DNA of 64,000 nucleotides from Pocillopora damicornis (Eukaryota): NCBI RefSeq assembly GCF_003704095.1, contig NW_020845647.1, positions 434,001 to 498,000 of the forward strand, read 5' to 3'. Shown piece by piece: positions 60,911 to 64,000 of this stretch (position 1 is its first letter; each line of letters starts with the position of its first letter). The notes under the pieces were generated by a model. It saw only the letters and a program-made list of their open reading frames with translations, ran no database searches and was not told where the DNA came from. The position numbers and the translations under genes were made by a program.

Positions 60911-63571
60911 ATGAATTGCACGAGTTGGAATAGGAACTTTGGTGTTAGTCTCTTGGGTATACTTACAGTGTTTCACGTATCTGTGCTATTTCTCCCCTTT
61001 GCGTCGTGCAATCTTGACAGAGGAGCTTACAAGGACGGTCATGTCATCTTGGGAGGTCTATTTAATCTTCACTTTGCCGGAACTGAGGATCATTGCGGTG
61101 ATCTTTTTACAATGGGACTAGGACACGCTGAGGCTATGATATTTGCCATTGAAAGCGTGAACGAAAATCCTCGTCTTCTTTCAAACGTCACACTTGGTTA
61201 CGATATTCGAGATTACTGCGAGAGGACTGCTCTAGCTATGAAAATAACATATGATCTGTTGCGCAGCAGCGACCAAAACTGTATGCCCTCCACAAACCTT
61301 TCATCCACGGGAAACGTCACTGTAGTTACATCAAAACCCATTTCAGCTCTAGTTGGACCGTACAATTCAGGCAGTGCAGTCCTAGTGGGGAGTCTGCTCC
61401 AGGTTGCTCCTATTCCTGCAATAAGTCCAACTGCAACAAGCGTGGAGTTAAGCTCACCATTGTACAATGACTTCTTCAGGACAGTTCCACCAGATAACTG
61501 GCAGGCACAAGTCATGGCTGACATCATTGAGCATTTCAACTGGACATACGTGGCTGCCGTAGGCGTTGATGACTCCTACGGCCGCAATGGTATTTGGGCT
61601 CTGGAGCAAGAGTCTTATGATAGAAAAAGCTTCTGCGTTGCTTTTTCGGAGTTCATCCCTCGCCTGAAGTTCCAGGAAAAAATAAAGCAAACAGTTTCAA
61701 GAATTAAAGCAAAGTCCAGTATTGGAGTGATCATAGTTTGGCTTTCTGGTGGCAAAGGCAGAGCATTCCTCAATGAGGCAACTGATCAAAACCTTCAAGG
61801 AAGAACATTTATACTAAGCGATGCACTTACTGCTGAAGAAGCGGTGTTTCTGGATCCTCGTTTTACTGTGTTAGATGGTTCTTTGGGGATACAACCACGA
61901 GATTACCAAGACCCTGCTTTTGAAGAACATCTCAAAAGGATTACCCCTGAAAAGAGCTTCGAAAGAGGAATGATGTGGTGGGAAGAATTTTGGAGTTCAC
62001 ATTTCAATTGTTCAGGAAACAAATCCAGTGATTCTGATATACCAGCTTGTGAGGCAAATCTCACTTTGAATAACATTGTCACCAAGATCCGAAGCTCATT
62101 TGTTTCGTACGTCATTGATGCGGTATATGCCCTTGCATATGCCGTGGACAGTATCTACAACTGTTCAACAACAAATGAAGCTGACTGTCCTTCAGTTAAA
62201 CCGTTTGTAAAAGGAAGTGATGTACAGAAGTCCCTCAGGAATGTCAGTTTCCCCGGAGTGACTGGCAGAATTCGATTTGACAGTTCCGGGGATCCTTTAT
62301 CCGCCTCGTATGACATCATCAGCTTCCAGCGTGTCTCAACCATTGGAACACCTCACAGAAAGGTTTTGGTGGGATGCTGGGACAAAGAAACTACACCAAA
62401 GCTTCGTTTGAACGAGTCCTCTTTGCACTGGGGTTCCCTTCTCAATAATCTTTCCGTTCCAGCCTCATTCTGTGCACGCGAATGTTCCCCTGGCACCATG
62501 AAGTCACCCACTACACCATGCTGCTGGGAATGCATAACGTGTCCACAGGGAACCATCAGCGCCGGTAACGGATCAAGTTCTTGTACGGAATGTCAGCCCG
62601 AGACCAAACCAAATGATAAGCGCACAGAATGCGAGGATTTAACGGTCATCAATATCTCACTGATGAGTCCCACTGGAGTTAGTATTATTGCGATAACGTC
62701 TATCGGTGTACTCTTCTTACTTCTTACACTATCGGTCTACGTTAAATTCTATAATACTCCAGTTGTGAAGGCATCTAGCAGAGAAATGAGCTTCCTGTTG
62801 CTCTTTGGTATTATGACACTTTTTGCCCTCGCTGTCCTTGAGTTGGTAGAGCCGAGTCAAGCATTGTGCTACATCGTGTACGTTGGGCGTTATTTTGCAC
62901 TGAATCTTTGCGTAACAGTACTCTTCTTGAAAACGATGCGAATTACAAGTGTTTTTCAGGTAGACAAAGTAGCAGAACTATTTACACCGTGTTTTAAGAC
63001 GATACAAAGGCAGACCATGACAATCATATTTATGAATTCAGTCGCTTTATCCCTAATAGCACTGTGGATGATGTTTGATCCTCCAAGACGCGAGAAACTC
63101 ATCCGTCCAGACGAATACATTTTTCTTGTGTGCAAACCTTTTGGCTTTAACACCGGCTTTTCGCTTTTCCTCGCTGTCTGCTCTTACACATCAACCGTGG
63201 CTCTCCTCTGCACCTATTATGCTTTCAAAGCCAGGGACATCCCCGAGAACTTCAACGAAACAAAGTACATTGGATTCTCCATGTACATTCTCCTGCTTTC
63301 ATCAATAGCATATTACCCTGTGGTGTTCAATTTTGAGAGCTGGTATGTGACTCTAGTGGCATGTTCAACGACGTTAGTAACCTCATTTGGGTTACTGATC
63401 TGCATGTACGGTCCCAAGATGTATATCGTTGTCTTGCAACCACAGCGGAACACTCTAGAAAGTGTACGTTCGCAAGTGTCTCAATATTCGTTTCACAAAT
63501 CGCGATCTCAAATATGGGCAGCATCCACGTCTGTTGGGAGTTTAAGCAATGTCCTTAGCAAGTCCACATAG
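60911..63571 (+). CDS. Class C GPCR (CaSR/mGluR/V2R-like), 886 aa, coding region intronless
   Basis: Signal peptide; Venus flytrap motifs (GHVILGGLF, LGYDIRDYC, VGPYNSGS, SPTATSVELS, FFRTVPPD, FNWTYV, DDSYG); nine-Cys domain (SFCARECSPG..PCCWECITC..CTEC..TEC); 7TM motifs (NTPVVKASSRE, KTMRI, FKARDIPENFNETKYIGFSMY, GPKMY). A polypyrimidine+CAG acceptor at ~60850-60866 suggests a 5'UTR intron. Confidence 0.97.
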   Translation: MNCTSWNRNFGVSLLGILTVFHVSVLFLPFASCNLDRGAYKDGHVILGGLFNLHFAGTEDHCGDLFTMGLGHAEAMIFAIESVNENPRLLSNVTLGYDIRDYCERTALAMKITYDLLRSSDQNCMPSTNLSSTGNVTVVTSKPISALVGPYNSGSAVLVGSLLQVAPIPAISPTATSVELSSPLYNDFFRTVPPDNWQAQVMADIIEHFNWTYVAAVGVDDSYGRNGIWALEQESYDRKSFCVAFSEFIPRLKFQEKIKQTVSRIKAKSSIGVIIVWLSGGKGRAFLNEATDQNLQGRTFILSDALTAEEAVFLDPRFTVLDGSLGIQPRDYQDPAFEEHLKRITPEKSFERGMMWWEEFWSSHFNCSGNKSSDSDIPACEANLTLNNIVTKIRSSFVSYVIDAVYALAYAVDSIYNCSTTNEADCPSVKPFVKGSDVQKSLRNVSFPGVTGRIRFDSSGDPLSASYDIISFQRVSTIGTPHRKVLVGCWDKETTPKLRLNESSLHWGSLLNNLSVPASFCARECSPGTMKSPTTPCCWECITCPQGTISAGNGSSSCTECQPETKPNDKRTECEDLTVINISLMSPTGVSIIAITSIGVLFLLLTLSVYVKFYNTPVVKASSREMSFLLLFGIMTLFALAVLELVEPSQALCYIVYVGRYFALNLCVTVLFLKTMRITSVFQVDKVAELFTPCFKTIQRQTMTIIFMNSVALSLIALWMMFDPPRREKLIRPDEYIFLVCKPFGFNTGFSLFLAVCSYTSTVALLCTYYAFKARDIPENFNETKYIGFSMYILLLSSIAYYPVVFNFESWYVTLVACSTTLVTSFGLLICMYGPKMYIVVLQPQRNTLESVRSQVSQYSFHKSRSQIWAASTSVGSLSNVLSKST

Positions 63572-64000
63572 ACGGAAATCTCCTACATATCAACTATTAT
63601 GGGAGAATCGTAAACGAAATAACTAGTGGGTTCAAAAGTCATCTTCATGACAAGAACGGCGTGCGTAAAACTTGACGACTTTGACTAAATCTTCCTAACA
63701 CAGGGGCTTCCGAGTAAAATATGAACAGCATGGATCCGTGTGAGGGAGAGTGGGGAAGAGGAATGGCGGACACTGATGACATTTCAGCAGACAAACTTAC
63801 TAACAGTTCTCTCAAATATTGGAAGCTAAGTAGCAAATGCCTTCATCCATGGTGAATATGTCTGTAGTGAAATGTGTTGCATAACATTAATGCTGTAAAG
63901 ACATTTCTTATTATTCAATCGTATTGTAAATTTTATCTTAAGTTATTGTATTGAAAGTGAAAAAAAAAAATCACACGGACTTTTTAGTGAAGATACTAGC

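Noticed and set aside
61213-63558. Short ORFs overlapping the GPCR
   Set aside because: Shadow frames of the long coding sequence.

Overview
Eukaryotic, AT-rich genomic DNA. It is most likely a scleractinian coral or other anthozoan, inferred from the repeat families and an intronless CaSR/mGluR-like receptor. The only long ORF is an 886-aa class C GPCR (60911-63571, +). The preceding 55 kb hide a cluster of small spliced genes that the ORF track mostly misses. There are 8 first coding exons (called A-H here). Each encodes a 23-24-aa signal peptide followed directly by a Phe-initiated peptide (FVPP/FVPQ/FTPN/FTPGAG/FAAGLG/FTAGAG), a basic cleavage site (dibasic in all but F) and a phase-0 intron. 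There are only 6 recognisable second exons, each carrying a C-x5/6-C motif. Two pairs of first exons (E/F and G/H) each appear to have one downstream Cys exon, which suggests variable first exons spliced to a shared constant exon. The mature peptide is hypervariable in pairs A/B and C/D but conserved through synonymous changes in F/G/H. The main hypothesis is an undescribed family of secreted peptides (neuropeptide, pheromone or toxin-like) physically linked to a candidate Venus-flytrap receptor. The remainder is tandem duplications, TIR elements/MITEs and tRNA-derived repeats. All gene models were read by eye and have no transcript support.
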